Below are positions 35,160 through 44,100 of a stretch of 44,855 nt of DNA, one piece after another. Below the pieces are notes generated by a model that did not search any database, was not told where the DNA came from, and was given only the letters and a program-made list of their open reading frames with translations. Position numbers and translations under genes: made by a program. This DNA comes from a phage. How positions within the stretch are numbered: the stretch's first letter is position 1; the number at the start of each line of letters is the position of its first letter. The stretch lies in NCBI GenBank assembly GCA_012164735.1, contig GCA_012164735.1_4544.1. The stretch is one strand, 5' to 3'.

Positions 35160-35477
35160 TTACGCATAAAAGTTAGGGTCGCGTGCAACGTCTACCAAAT
35201 ACAGATTGCTCATGCGGTTGCCGTAGTGTCCTGGAGTGCGCTGGCGGCACACAACGGCGAAGCCTGGGGGGATTGTATTACCCGTCTCAATAATCCACGC
35301 CACGCGTGCGCCAGACAGCGTCTTGCCGTTGTATTCGATACGTGTTCCACCATCGGCAGTGTTGATGTTGCCAATTTTGCAGCCGGTGGACTTCAGACGA
35401 ATGACGCCGGTTTTGCTGTCGTAGGAGAATAACTGGTTAGTCATTGCAACCGAAAAATCGATGGCTTCGAATGTCAT
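35160..35477 (-). CDS. HNH-like endonuclease-fold protein with non-consensus catalytic positions
   Basis: 105 aa; NGK ... RVAWIIETGNTIPPGF ... NRMSNL aligns by eye with HNH_3-type proteins but the expected His positions are replaced. Confidence 0.4.
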   Translation of the reverse strand: MTFEAIDFSVAMTNQLFSYDSKTGVIRLKSTGCKIGNINTADGGTRIEYNGKTLSGARVAWIIETGNTIPPGFAVVCRQRTPGHYGNRMSNLYLVDVARDPNFYA

Positions 35478-36184
35478 TTTAAATTTTCCTCATTGACCGC
35501 TATTGCAAAGCCGCGCGGAGTGAGCGACCGGATTAATTTGGTGCGGGCGGATTTACCACCGAGGCGACTATACTGCTTCGAGTACCCATTTTCAACGAAT
35601 ACAGGCTTTTTCTCTGGCATACGAAAGCCGTTGCCGGTCCATAAGCAGGTCCGCTTCGGATATGAATCGCGGGCGTTGATGTATTCCGGGAAGAGCGGGT
35701 GTACGTCATCCTCCGGCAGATAGCCCCCATACTCCCACGGGTCGAACGAGTAGTCTGGCTTGCGCCACTGGGTGGAAAGCACACTGCGCGGATTCTCAAT
35801 CATATATGGCACTTCGAAGAAGTCACCCAGGTAAGCTGCGATCTTCGCGGTGCGCACCGCCTTAAGCTGGAAGGCGGGGTCTTTAGCTCGCTTGCGCGGG
35901 AAAGCTGGTGCACCGCTCACTGCCAGATCCGTGCACGGAGGAAACGCATAGATGATATCTGGCGTACCGAAATCGCCATTCATCGCGCGGTCAACGAAGT
36001 CCAGATCGATAAACTCATTGCGATAGCGGATTCCGCGACCATAAATCCGGTAGTCAAGGTATGACCCGTGATCAGCTTCGGAGTAGTTAAAACAGTAGCA
36101 CTTATGCCCCATCTCGGCAGCACGCTCAATCATCAAGCCGCTGCCGTCAAACAGTGACCAGATTGTCATTTTAGCAATAGTCAT
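35474..36184 (-). CDS. DNA cytosine-5 methyltransferase (Dcm-like, compact)
   Basis: LFDGSG (motif I), PPC (motif IV), ENP/ENV-like (motif VI); ATGA overlaps on both sides. Confidence 0.7.
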   Translation of the reverse strand: MTIAKMTIWSLFDGSGLMIERAAEMGHKCYCFNYSEADHGSYLDYRIYGRGIRYRNEFIDLDFVDRAMNGDFGTPDIIYAFPPCTDLAVSGAPAFPRKRAKDPAFQLKAVRTAKIAAYLGDFFEVPYMIENPRSVLSTQWRKPDYSFDPWEYGGYLPEDDVHPLFPEYINARDSYPKRTCLWTGNGFRMPEKKPVFVENGYSKQYSRLGGKSARTKLIRSLTPRGFAIAVNEENLK

Positions 36185-37605
36185 TTGCGCGCCTTTTTAG
36201 CTTTCATGTATTCCATCAAGTCGTCCTGAATGTCTCGCTTACTGTCGCGACGCTCGGCGACCAATTCGTCCAGTGTCCCGCGAGCCTGGATAATGTAGAC
36301 GAATACTGGTCGAGGGTGTCCGGCCTGCATCTGGCGAACCGGCCCGATACGTTCAACGATCTGCGAAAAGTGCTCAAAGTTCCAGGTATCGGAGAAGATT
36401 GCCAGGTGATGCCCGCCGTCCTGCAAGTTAAGGCCGTGTCCCGCCGATGCCGGATGTGCAAACATGATGGGGATCTCGCCTCTGTTCCACGCTTCCATAT
36501 CCTTATTGCCCTGCTTACCTTTACCCAACGCAACTCCGTGCGGAAATTTCTTCTTAAGACGTGCCAGGTCATGCTTATACTGATACGCAACGAGCAACGG
36601 CGCGCCGTTCAACTCCTCCACGATACTTTCCAGCGCGTCCAGCTTCGCGTCGTGAATCTTCACCCACTCGTCGGTCCGTTCGCCGTCTTCGTCCACCTTA
36701 TACACAGCGCCGGAAGCAAGCTGAAGGCACTTAATTGTCTTCGATGCCGCGTTCGCCGCCTCCACTGTTCCGCTTTCCAGTTCGGCAAACAGCTCGCTTT
36801 CAAACTGGTCGTAAATCTTGCGGGCTTTCTTCGGCAGGTCCACAACAACCGGCGTATAGATTGGCTTGTCGCACCCGAAGTATTCAGCCGCGTCAACGGT
36901 TAGTGATACGTCAGACAGGCGTTGTTGTATTTCTTTCTCAGAGTTCTTTAGCGGAGCGTGCTGCATCGTGAAGCTGCCAGGCTTAACAGGCTTGCTAATG
37001 AACCAGCGATCGGTAAACGCCTTATAGCTACTGCCGAGGCGTTCGCCGCCGTCGACAAACCACGTCTGACCCCATAAGTCTTTCAAGCCATTTGGCGCGG
37101 GTGTGCCGGTCAGGTTAATCCAGCGCTTGACGTGCTTATGCGCAATCGCTGCCAGTGCGCGGGCGCGCTTACTCCCCTGCTTACTCCTGTAGCCTTTCAG
37201 CTTAGTCGATTCATCGGCAACAACGACCGTAAATGGCCACGCATCGCCGTAATAATCAACCAGCCACTCAACCACATCGTAGTTAACACAAACCACGTTA
37301 GCGTCGCTCTCCAGCGCGGCTATGCGGTCTTTTTCTGATCCTGTGCCGTCTACTACCAGCAGGGATGAGAACCGCCATTTCTCCTGCTCCGGGGGCCATG
37401 TACCGGACGCAACACGCAGCGGGGCCAGCACCAGTACGCGGTCCTCATGATGGGACAGGACGCCAGTCTGGAACATTTTATTCAGCGCCCACATTGTCGC
37501 GCCGGTTTTACCGGATCCCATTGTCGCCCATATATTACATCGCTTATGCTTGAGGATGAACGCGGTTATCAACTTCTGATATTCGCGGCGTCGGAATCTT
37601 GCCAT
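36181..37605 (-). CDS. Superfamily 2 helicase (start at ATG 37605)
   Basis: Walker A MGSGKTG, DExx VVADES. Confidence 0.7.
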   Translation of the reverse strand: MARFRRREYQKLITAFILKHKRCNIWATMGSGKTGATMWALNKMFQTGVLSHHEDRVLVLAPLRVASGTWPPEQEKWRFSSLLVVDGTGSEKDRIAALESDANVVCVNYDVVEWLVDYYGDAWPFTVVVADESTKLKGYRSKQGSKRARALAAIAHKHVKRWINLTGTPAPNGLKDLWGQTWFVDGGERLGSSYKAFTDRWFISKPVKPGSFTMQHAPLKNSEKEIQQRLSDVSLTVDAAEYFGCDKPIYTPVVVDLPKKARKIYDQFESELFAELESGTVEAANAASKTIKCLQLASGAVYKVDEDGERTDEWVKIHDAKLDALESIVEELNGAPLLVAYQYKHDLARLKKKFPHGVALGKGKQGNKDMEAWNRGEIPIMFAHPASAGHGLNLQDGGHHLAIFSDTWNFEHFSQIVERIGPVRQMQAGHPRPVFVYIIQARGTLDELVAERRDSKRDIQDDLMEYMKAKKARK

Positions 37606-37609
37606 GTCT

Positions 37610-37834
37610 TTATTCCGCCTTTTTCCAGACTTCAGTTTCACTATCCCAGTTCCTCTTTGTGGCGTCGTAGTTGGTGGCGTGCCCGACGTGGACACCGGTA
37701 GCCCGGAAGCTCTTAAATTTTTGCCAACACACCGTCAACGGCAGCGGATCATTCATGCCTGCGATAAACCATACGCGATCGCCTGGTTTGCATTCGCCCA
37801 GCTTGGTGAGTCGGTAATGTTCTTTCATCGTCAT
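37610..37834 (-). CDS. Small hypothetical protein (start at ATG 37834)
   Basis: RBS gggag; ORF-track N-terminal extension rejected. Confidence 0.35.
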   Translation of the reverse strand: MTMKEHYRLTKLGECKPGDRVWFIAGMNDPLPLTVCWQKFKSFRATGVHVGHATNYDATKRNWDSETEVWKKAE

Positions 37835-37871
37835 GTCTCCCAAAAATGGCGGGACAAGCCCGCCATATTGA

Positions 37872-38045
37872 TTATTCTTGTTCTGCACGATAGCGGCGCT
37901 GCCGTTCGCGCTCTTTTTTATTGCGGCACGATTTGCACTCGGCCCGATGCCCGTCCGGGCTGCGCGCAGTCTTACCGGTGTATTTGTGGAACTGGGACAG
38001 CGGCTTGATGCAGCCGCAATTACTACAACGTTTTTCTTCAATCAT
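37872..38045 (-). CDS. Zinc-ribbon protein (57 aa; CxxC ... CxxC), start at ATG 38045
   Basis: CSNCGC ... CKSC; RBS gagga. Confidence 0.45.
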   Translation of the reverse strand: MIEEKRCSNCGCIKPLSQFHKYTGKTARSPDGHRAECKSCRNKKERERQRRYRAEQE

Positions 38046-38085
38046 TTCTAAAATCCTCGATAGTGCCAACCTGCACACTATACCG

Positions 38086-38364
38086 CTACGCGACCAATTC
38101 AGCAACCAATAAATCGCAGTCGGCTATGTTGTCGATAACACGAACGTCCGCACCGCGGCGGGCCATTCGCTCATGTTCACGTACCTGGTGCGGCTTCGGC
38201 TTTCCTCCGGGGCGCTTCACTTCGACGAACACTATTTTGCCGTTGATGATAATAATCAGGTCGGGCGCACCCGCGCGCCCCTCCCATGCCATTTTGCGGC
38301 AGAATCCGCCGACCTCTTTCACCCGTTTCATCAGGTGACTTTGAATCTTGCCTTCTGGTGTCAT
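38086..38364 (-). CDS. VRR-NUC domain nuclease
   Basis: 92 aa; GAPDLIII ... FVEVK core. Confidence 0.6.
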   Translation of the reverse strand: MTPEGKIQSHLMKRVKEVGGFCRKMAWEGRAGAPDLIIIINGKIVFVEVKRPGGKPKPHQVREHERMARRGADVRVIDNIADCDLLVAELVA

Positions 38365-38552
38365 TTGGTCTGCAATTCCACGTTACGCAGACGAAGGTCT
38401 ACCGGTATATCCGATCGACCGGTTAGTGCCAGCGCCAGGTTTTCAGGAGTGACGAGTGCCGTAATGGTCTTGCCACGTTCCAGTCTAATGACGATTCGAA
38501 TCTCGTCATTGTCTGTCGCGCCCGCGCGCATAATGCTCATTTCTGCTTTCAT
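38361..38552 (-). CDS. Small hypothetical protein (start at ATG 38552)
   Basis: RBS aggaag. Confidence 0.35.
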   Translation of the reverse strand: MKAEMSIMRAGATDNDEIRIVIRLERGKTITALVTPENLALALTGRSDIPVDLRLRNVELQTK

Positions 38553-38556
38553 AATC

Positions 38557-40848
38557 TTACTTCCTGTACCTGTACATAATGTCGCCTTCGGCGGCAAGTG
38601 GGAAGCCTTTCGCCCAAATAGGCAGGTCGCACATCAGCGCGCAAAGCTCCTCTGTCGTGTAGTCGTCGGTGTCCGGCACTTCTGTGATCAATTCATCATG
38701 CACCGATAGAACGATTTCATAGCCCGCAGCTTCAACGCCAGGCATTGACCAGGCGAGAATATCACGGCACAACGCCTGTACTATGTTCTCCGTCAGTTTG
38801 CCGCCGTAGGTATACTGGAAGCCCCACTGGCGCGTCGTCTGATTCTCGCCCTGATATTTAATGCGTGTGCTGGTGCGCTTCTTGCCGGTGTCTTCGTCAA
38901 TCTCGGTCGTGACAGACAGCGCGATGCCCGGGTAGCTCATGATGCGCCCCGACGGCAACTCAATTTTCAACCACCACCCCGCGGCGTTCGGATCGTCGCG
39001 CTCCTCGTCGAAGGTTGGGTCGTGCTTCGCCTTCGTGCGCACAATCTTGAGCGCTTTCCTACCGTCCGGGCGAACGTTCGCGCCAGCCCAGTATGCTTTG
39101 CCCGGATTGCGGATTGCACACAACACCGCGTCCTCAAGCTCGGCCCAAAAGGCGACCGTCTTCGGGTGAGCCTCGCGCCACATGCGTTTGATTGCGTCAC
39201 AAGTCAGCCATACGTTTTTCGGAAGTATGTATGTTGGGCGCTCGTCTTTCTTGCCTGGCCTCGGTGGGCGTTTCGCTTCGTTAATACGAGCGTACTCATA
39301 ACCGCGTTTAGCTGCCGCCCAAATGTGATCGGGGAATGTACCCTTCATCACGTCCGCCATAGCGTAAAGGTCGAGGCCCAGGTTTTTAGCGAACTGCAAG
39401 AACGCCGCGACGCCGCCACCATAGCCCAGTCCCAATTCACACGCCTTACCGATCTGGCGCAAGTCTTTGCGGTTGGCTTTAATGTAGTCCGGGTCCAGGC
39501 CGAACATCTTACCGGCAGTCTCACAATAGATATCGCGACCGGCCCTAAACACCATTAGCGCGGTTTTCTCGCCCGCGATCCAGGCAAGTCCACGCCCTTC
39601 CACGTTGGAGTAGTCCGCTACGACAAACTTCTTGCCCTTAGCCGGGATAATGCACCCGCGAACGGTCGAGGCTGTTAGCTTAGATATGTCATACGCCCAG
39701 TGCGCGGTCCCGCGTAACAGGGAATTGATGCCGTTGGTGAGCATGTGCGACCGGACCCAAAAAGCAACGTCGCTCTCGCCTTCGCGGCGCTTAATCTTCC
39801 CTTCGTGATCGTCGCTATACTCGCCGCGTGCCAGGTTTTGAGGCTGGAAGCCTTTGCCCGCCCAGCGCAGCGTGCGCTTTGCGCCGCCATACTGAAGACA
39901 CCCACGGCGGCGACCATCTGCGGATAAGCCGTTAACTAGCGGATTGTACTTAGTCGATGCCGTTGATGACGCGCCGAGGCGCATTTCGATAAGCGCTTTG
40001 CCTTCGTCGGGGAAGTCCGGGTCTTCAAGCAGGTCGTTAAGTGTGGATTTCTGCGCGTTGTGGATCGTGAACGCCGGGGCGATATCACGTAGGATTGGCA
40101 GGAAGTCATTGCCGGTCAGCTTACCGCCAAATCGCTCCCAGGCTTCCTCCTTCAATTCTTCCTTATGCGCCTGCACCGCTTTGATCGCGGCGTTCGCCAG
40201 GTCAACGTCGACATAGAAGCCGCGGTCGTTGATCAACTGGTCAATAAGCAGTATCTCGTCTTCCTTCGGAGTATTACCCCAGTCCGGTATGCGCCAGTAG
40301 ACCTCACGCATCGCGATAATATCCAGCGCGGCATATCGCAGAAATTTGGCCCATTCTTCAGGGTGAGTCTCGCGCGTGTAACGGCGTATTTTGTAGGTCT
40401 TAGGGGTAGGCTTACAGAATCGTTTAATCAGCGCCTTGCCTGCCTTATCCTTCGCGTGTTCTGCGTCAACACCCAACACCTGGCATTGCATATCGAGGCT
40501 ACCCGGCAGCGCGTGTCGAAAGGCCATAATCATGGTATCTTCGATCTGGCACACTGGCAGGTCAATACCCCACTTCTCGCGAATAACCAGGCGGTCAAAC
40601 AGGAGGCCGTTAGCCATCACGATTTTTGCTTTCTTGCGGGAGACACGGCGGAGCGCCTTGCGCAGTTCCCGCGGCATTGTGGGGGACTCGGTGCAATCCC
40701 ACGTCTGCACGCGGCCCTCGTCGATGGCGTAGGTGCAGATCATAATCTCGGTTGTCGGGTGCTCTGCGTAGGCGTATGCGCCAACTTTCTTCAGATCCAC
40801 CCCGCTAAATGTCTCGGTATCGAGAAACAGGCGTTCGAAGTCTTTCAT
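38557..40848 (-). CDS. DNA polymerase, family A, with N-terminal 3'-5' exonuclease domain
   Basis: DTET (exo I), DYSNVEGR (motif A), HDE (motif C). Confidence 0.9.
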   Translation of the reverse strand: MKDFERLFLDTETFSGVDLKKVGAYAYAEHPTTEIMICTYAIDEGRVQTWDCTESPTMPRELRKALRRVSRKKAKIVMANGLLFDRLVIREKWGIDLPVCQIEDTMIMAFRHALPGSLDMQCQVLGVDAEHAKDKAGKALIKRFCKPTPKTYKIRRYTRETHPEEWAKFLRYAALDIIAMREVYWRIPDWGNTPKEDEILLIDQLINDRGFYVDVDLANAAIKAVQAHKEELKEEAWERFGGKLTGNDFLPILRDIAPAFTIHNAQKSTLNDLLEDPDFPDEGKALIEMRLGASSTASTKYNPLVNGLSADGRRRGCLQYGGAKRTLRWAGKGFQPQNLARGEYSDDHEGKIKRREGESDVAFWVRSHMLTNGINSLLRGTAHWAYDISKLTASTVRGCIIPAKGKKFVVADYSNVEGRGLAWIAGEKTALMVFRAGRDIYCETAGKMFGLDPDYIKANRKDLRQIGKACELGLGYGGGVAAFLQFAKNLGLDLYAMADVMKGTFPDHIWAAAKRGYEYARINEAKRPPRPGKKDERPTYILPKNVWLTCDAIKRMWREAHPKTVAFWAELEDAVLCAIRNPGKAYWAGANVRPDGRKALKIVRTKAKHDPTFDEERDDPNAAGWWLKIELPSGRIMSYPGIALSVTTEIDEDTGKKRTSTRIKYQGENQTTRQWGFQYTYGGKLTENIVQALCRDILAWSMPGVEAAGYEIVLSVHDELITEVPDTDDYTTEELCALMCDLPIWAKGFPLAAEGDIMYRYRK

Positions 40849-41015
40849 TGCTTAATCCTCACTACGGCGTCAGCGCTGCCGATCATGGAGAAGATGCCGT
40901 CTGACAGGGCGATCTCTTCGCCGTTGTTGCGAATCTCGGCAACTGTGAAATATTCCCCCAGTAGCTTGGACCATACTTGCATTCCGACTTTTACTTCGCT
41001 GGCTTTAATACGCAT
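40845..41015 (-). CDS. Small ORF (56 aa) translationally coupled to the polymerase gene
   Basis: Stop overlaps polymerase ATG (ATGA); hand-translated. Confidence 0.3.
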   Translation of the reverse strand: MRIKASEVKVGMQVWSKLLGEYFTVAEIRNNGEEIALSDGIFSMIGSADAVVRIKQ

Positions 41016-41030
41016 TTTTCATTGTCCTAT

Positions 41031-41054
41031 TAAAAAGCCCGCATTAAGCGGGCT
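41031..41054 (-). terminator. Minus-strand intrinsic terminator downstream of the SSB-like gene
   Basis: rc: agcccgc ttaat gcgggct then TTTTTA. Confidence 0.55.
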
Positions 41055-41073
41055 TGAATAGTGGGCTTTGCCC

Positions 41074-41856
41074 TTAACGGCGGCGACGTTTACGTGGCGC
41101 TTCGTCTTCGTCGTCGTCCTCATCTTCGTCATCGCGTGGCTTACGACGTTTGCGAGGTTTTTCATCTTCCTCATCGTCGTCGTCATCGCGGCGCTTGGAT
41201 TTCTTGGACTTGCGCGGCTTGTCATCTTCATCATCGTCATCACGACGTTTTGACTTTTTGGACTTGCGCGGTGCTTCGTCTTCGTCGTCGTTGTCCAGGT
41301 CTTCATCGGAGCAAGAAGACCCGCCACCTCCGAAGGCTTCGCCGTCTTCACGGAATCGCAGACCCAGCAAGCCAGCCCCGAGACCCTTGCCGTTGGTATT
41401 GTTCCATGCCCAAATATCAAGGGACACGTTGCAATAACAACCGGAGTAGATCTCCTGGCCTTCAATCTCGTCGCCGTCGATGGTCAGACCTTGTTCAGTC
41501 TGCTTCTCGCCGAGTGACGTTTGAATGATTGGTTGTTTGAACGATTTGGCGTTGATATACAACATGCCTTCGAATTCTTCGGTTACTTCATCGCGCTCGT
41601 CGCCGTCGCGAACTGCACATTCCTTAGAATCCTGGGCGTAGTGGCGGTCCATCCACTTATCGGCATTCTTCTCGGATTTCAGCTTATCGGTGAGCACTGC
41701 GCGCGCTGCCGCTTCCACTTTATCCACCTGCGGATCTTCTTTATCCAGAAGAATCACGGCACGGTATGCCGGTTTTTGTCCATCCTGTTTAGGGGTATCA
41801 CGTTCCCAAATTTTCAGGAAGCATACGCGCACATTTTTCAGGTTGACTTTAGCCAT
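41074..41856 (-). CDS. Single-stranded DNA-binding protein-like (phage SSB-type fold) with long alternating basic/acidic repeat C-terminal tail
   Basis: MAKVNLKNVRV ... YSGCYCNVSLDIWAWNN ... FGGG core; C-terminus of PRKSKKSKRRDDDD-type repeats; RBS gagga. Confidence 0.55.
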   Translation of the reverse strand: MAKVNLKNVRVCFLKIWERDTPKQDGQKPAYRAVILLDKEDPQVDKVEAAARAVLTDKLKSEKNADKWMDRHYAQDSKECAVRDGDERDEVTEEFEGMLYINAKSFKQPIIQTSLGEKQTEQGLTIDGDEIEGQEIYSGCYCNVSLDIWAWNNTNGKGLGAGLLGLRFREDGEAFGGGGSSCSDEDLDNDDEDEAPRKSKKSKRRDDDDEDDKPRKSKKSKRRDDDDDEEDEKPRKRRKPRDDEDEDDDEDEAPRKRRRR

Positions 41857-41911
41857 TTTCCAATTCCTCATTTTCACATGTATCGGGGTTATTGTGAGCC
41901 ACCCCGTCCGG

Positions 41912-41936
41912 CTTGGTTGCTAATCTACTTGGTTGC
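41912..41936. promoter_or_regulatory. Paired CTTGGTTGC motifs (41912-41920, 41928-41936) upstream of the SSB-like gene
   Basis: Two copies 16 bp apart. Confidence 0.45.
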
Positions 41937-41946
41937 GCCTGAGCGG

Positions 41947-42189
41947 TCAAGCATTTTCATTAAAAAGATTTCTGGTAACGTAGTTGGTAGCGTTCTCGAT
42001 CCAGCTTAACGGCGGGCGGTCGCCATGTCTCGCGATCCACGCCACGGCAATGGTGCTGTATCCATCGTCCAGCCAGCGGGTCGGATGGCGAATCATCCAC
42101 GCCACCATTAACACGCCTTGCACGCAATGCAGGATAAAGCCCAGCGCTCCGAGCAAAAACATCAATAAGATTGCGAATACTTTATTCAT
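41947..42189 (-). CDS. Small membrane protein
   Basis: 80 aa; two hydrophobic segments; RBS gagga. Confidence 0.4.
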   Translation of the reverse strand: MNKVFAILLMFLLGALGFILHCVQGVLMVAWMIRHPTRWLDDGYSTIAVAWIARHGDRPPLSWIENATNYVTRNLFNENA

Positions 42190-43612
42190 TGCTTAAGTCC
42201 TCGTCAGTAGCTTCCGACCACGCAGGGCGCGGGTCGTCGATTGGTGCTAACACCGGTTTGGCAGGTGCGCGCGTGATTTTATCACACAGCTTCGCCCACA
42301 CTTTCGGTTTTTCGTCCTTCAGTACCTTCTCGGCATCCGTAGGGCTGAGCAATGTTTCTTTGTACATCACATCGCGCTTGATCCTGGCCTTCGTGAAGAT
42401 TTCAATCACTTCGCTCTCGTCCGCCCACTTGCGGATTCCTTCCTTACCGGCAACCATCTTGAGGCCCAGCGATTCGCCATCACCAGCCATTACGGCCTTG
42501 AATACCGCGGACTCGATAGCCTTGATGTGCTGGCGCATTGCGTCAAGACCTTCATATGCCTTGCGCAGTTCCGCGGCGGTCATAGCGCCGGGGGCCGCTT
42601 CTTTCTTGCCACGCTTCGCACGTCGGGCCGCCTTCCGGGCTTCGCGGGCCATATTGCGGTCGTGATTGGCGCATTCTTCCTCGGTCGCCACGCTCACGTC
42701 GTCGCCCAGGTCTTCGTCGGTTGCCGTTGGAGGTGTCATCGTGTCGATTGCGGCTTTAGCGCGGGCACTACACTGATCCGCAAATCGACACCACTGGCAC
42801 GCATCAACGCTGGGCCGGAAGTCTGCGCGGGTGAGTCCCTTCTTGCCTCGGGAATACGCCTCCAGTGCGGCAATAGCGCGCTTGGATGCAAACTTCGCGA
42901 ATATCTCCAGCGCTTCTACCGAAATATCCCACTCCGACGCCCCGCCGCAATACGGCTGGAAGATAACCAGGCGCACGGTCGTGATGTCGTACATGGATTG
43001 CAGCTTGCGCAGCAGGCCTAGCGCGTACAACATAAGCTGTTTGTTTTCTTTCGCCTCGACCTTATGCCGCCCCGTCTTCAGGTCGCCAACAATCAGCATG
43101 TACGTGCCGTCGGTCTTCTTCATGACCATGACCATATCCGCAGTCCCGAACGTCTTAACCCGGTTGCCGTCGATCTCGAAGCCCGAGTGTAGGACGCGGG
43201 TAAGATCGGCGCGCATCTCAAGCTGAACAAACTCCGCCACTTCGAGGAGCGGTCGCCAGTGGTCGATGTACGCGTCGCACTGTTTCACCATGTCGTCGTT
43301 GACCAGTACGCCGCCTTTCGGTGCTTTCGGGTGTGCCTTTACTGGCCCCTTACCTTCGTTCTCGACGTAACACCCTTTGTACGTCTTGGCGGTTATCAGC
43401 TTTTCCCCGGCAATGATGCGGTTGAGCACTACCTCTGATACGGTGTGCATACTCGTACCGTTAATAGCCGCTTGCCCGGATTCGTTCGGGATACCTTGTT
43501 CTACCACCAGGGCGGCAGGGCAACCCATCCATTTTTTAGCACCGGACGGCCCGAGTAATGAGTGTTCGGTATTGCTACCGGATTGCGTCTTACGTTTTGG
43601 TTTAATCGCCAT
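42182..43612 (-). CDS. PD-(D/E)xK exonuclease (Cas4/RecB-nuclease-like, with Cys cluster) carrying a C-terminal extension
   Basis: N-terminal HSLLGPSGAKKWMGCP; CQWCRFADQC cluster; 476 aa. Confidence 0.6.
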   Translation of the reverse strand: MAIKPKRKTQSGSNTEHSLLGPSGAKKWMGCPAALVVEQGIPNESGQAAINGTSMHTVSEVVLNRIIAGEKLITAKTYKGCYVENEGKGPVKAHPKAPKGGVLVNDDMVKQCDAYIDHWRPLLEVAEFVQLEMRADLTRVLHSGFEIDGNRVKTFGTADMVMVMKKTDGTYMLIVGDLKTGRHKVEAKENKQLMLYALGLLRKLQSMYDITTVRLVIFQPYCGGASEWDISVEALEIFAKFASKRAIAALEAYSRGKKGLTRADFRPSVDACQWCRFADQCSARAKAAIDTMTPPTATDEDLGDDVSVATEEECANHDRNMAREARKAARRAKRGKKEAAPGAMTAAELRKAYEGLDAMRQHIKAIESAVFKAVMAGDGESLGLKMVAGKEGIRKWADESEVIEIFTKARIKRDVMYKETLLSPTDAEKVLKDEKPKVWAKLCDKITRAPAKPVLAPIDDPRPAWSEATDEDLSNE

Positions 43613-43800
43613 TATTCCACCCTTGTAAACTGAGCAATGTAATAATCGTGTTCAACATTGGCCCGCTTAGCGGCATTGTTCATGGTGGCCGCCAGTCCTC
43701 GGGCTTGCATCCAGCAGCAATTCCAGTTTTGATTCATAACAATTTCCGGTTGCTCGTCGCCGGTGATACGGCAACGAAATAAAACAAAGAATATAGCCAT
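43612..43800 (-). CDS. Small hypothetical protein
   Basis: RBS gggaga. Confidence 0.35.
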   Translation of the reverse strand: MAIFFVLFRCRITGDEQPEIVMNQNWNCCWMQARGLAATMNNAAKRANVEHDYYIAQFTRVE

Positions 43801-44052
43801 TTATTTCGTCTCCCAGCGGTCAATCGTTCTTGCTTCGGATGCAACCGCAAAGCGAACATATTCCAGATTGGAGTCCGCCCAAATATAAAAGTCGGGGTTA
43901 GTAAAGGTGGTGCGCTTAATTTGCGCGGGCGTGTTACGGCGTTTATCTATTACGGCAACGCGGGATTGAAAGCTGCCGATGCGTTCGAATAGCCAATAAT
44001 AAGGGCGCTGGTCGCGGGAATCCACCGCCTCGATTAGCGTGAATCGTGCCAT
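43801..44052 (-). CDS. Hypothetical protein
   Basis: 83 aa, RBS gagga, directly after a terminator. Confidence 0.4.
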   Translation of the reverse strand: MARFTLIEAVDSRDQRPYYWLFERIGSFQSRVAVIDKRRNTPAQIKRTTFTNPDFYIWADSNLEYVRFAVASEARTIDRWETK

Positions 44053-44055
44053 TGT

Positions 44056-44082
44056 CTCGTCCTCTAAAAAGAGGCCCGCAGA
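44056..44082 (-). terminator. Minus-strand intrinsic terminator between the first and second early genes
   Basis: rc: ggcccgc taatct gcgggcc then TCTTTTT. Confidence 0.55.
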
Positions 44083-44100
44083 TTAGCGGGCCGGAATATA

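Noticed and set aside
40165-41061. 298-aa plus-strand ORF overlapping the DNA polymerase and small ORF on the other strand
   Set aside because: Antisense to the polymerase gene, whose catalytic motifs clearly define the true frame.
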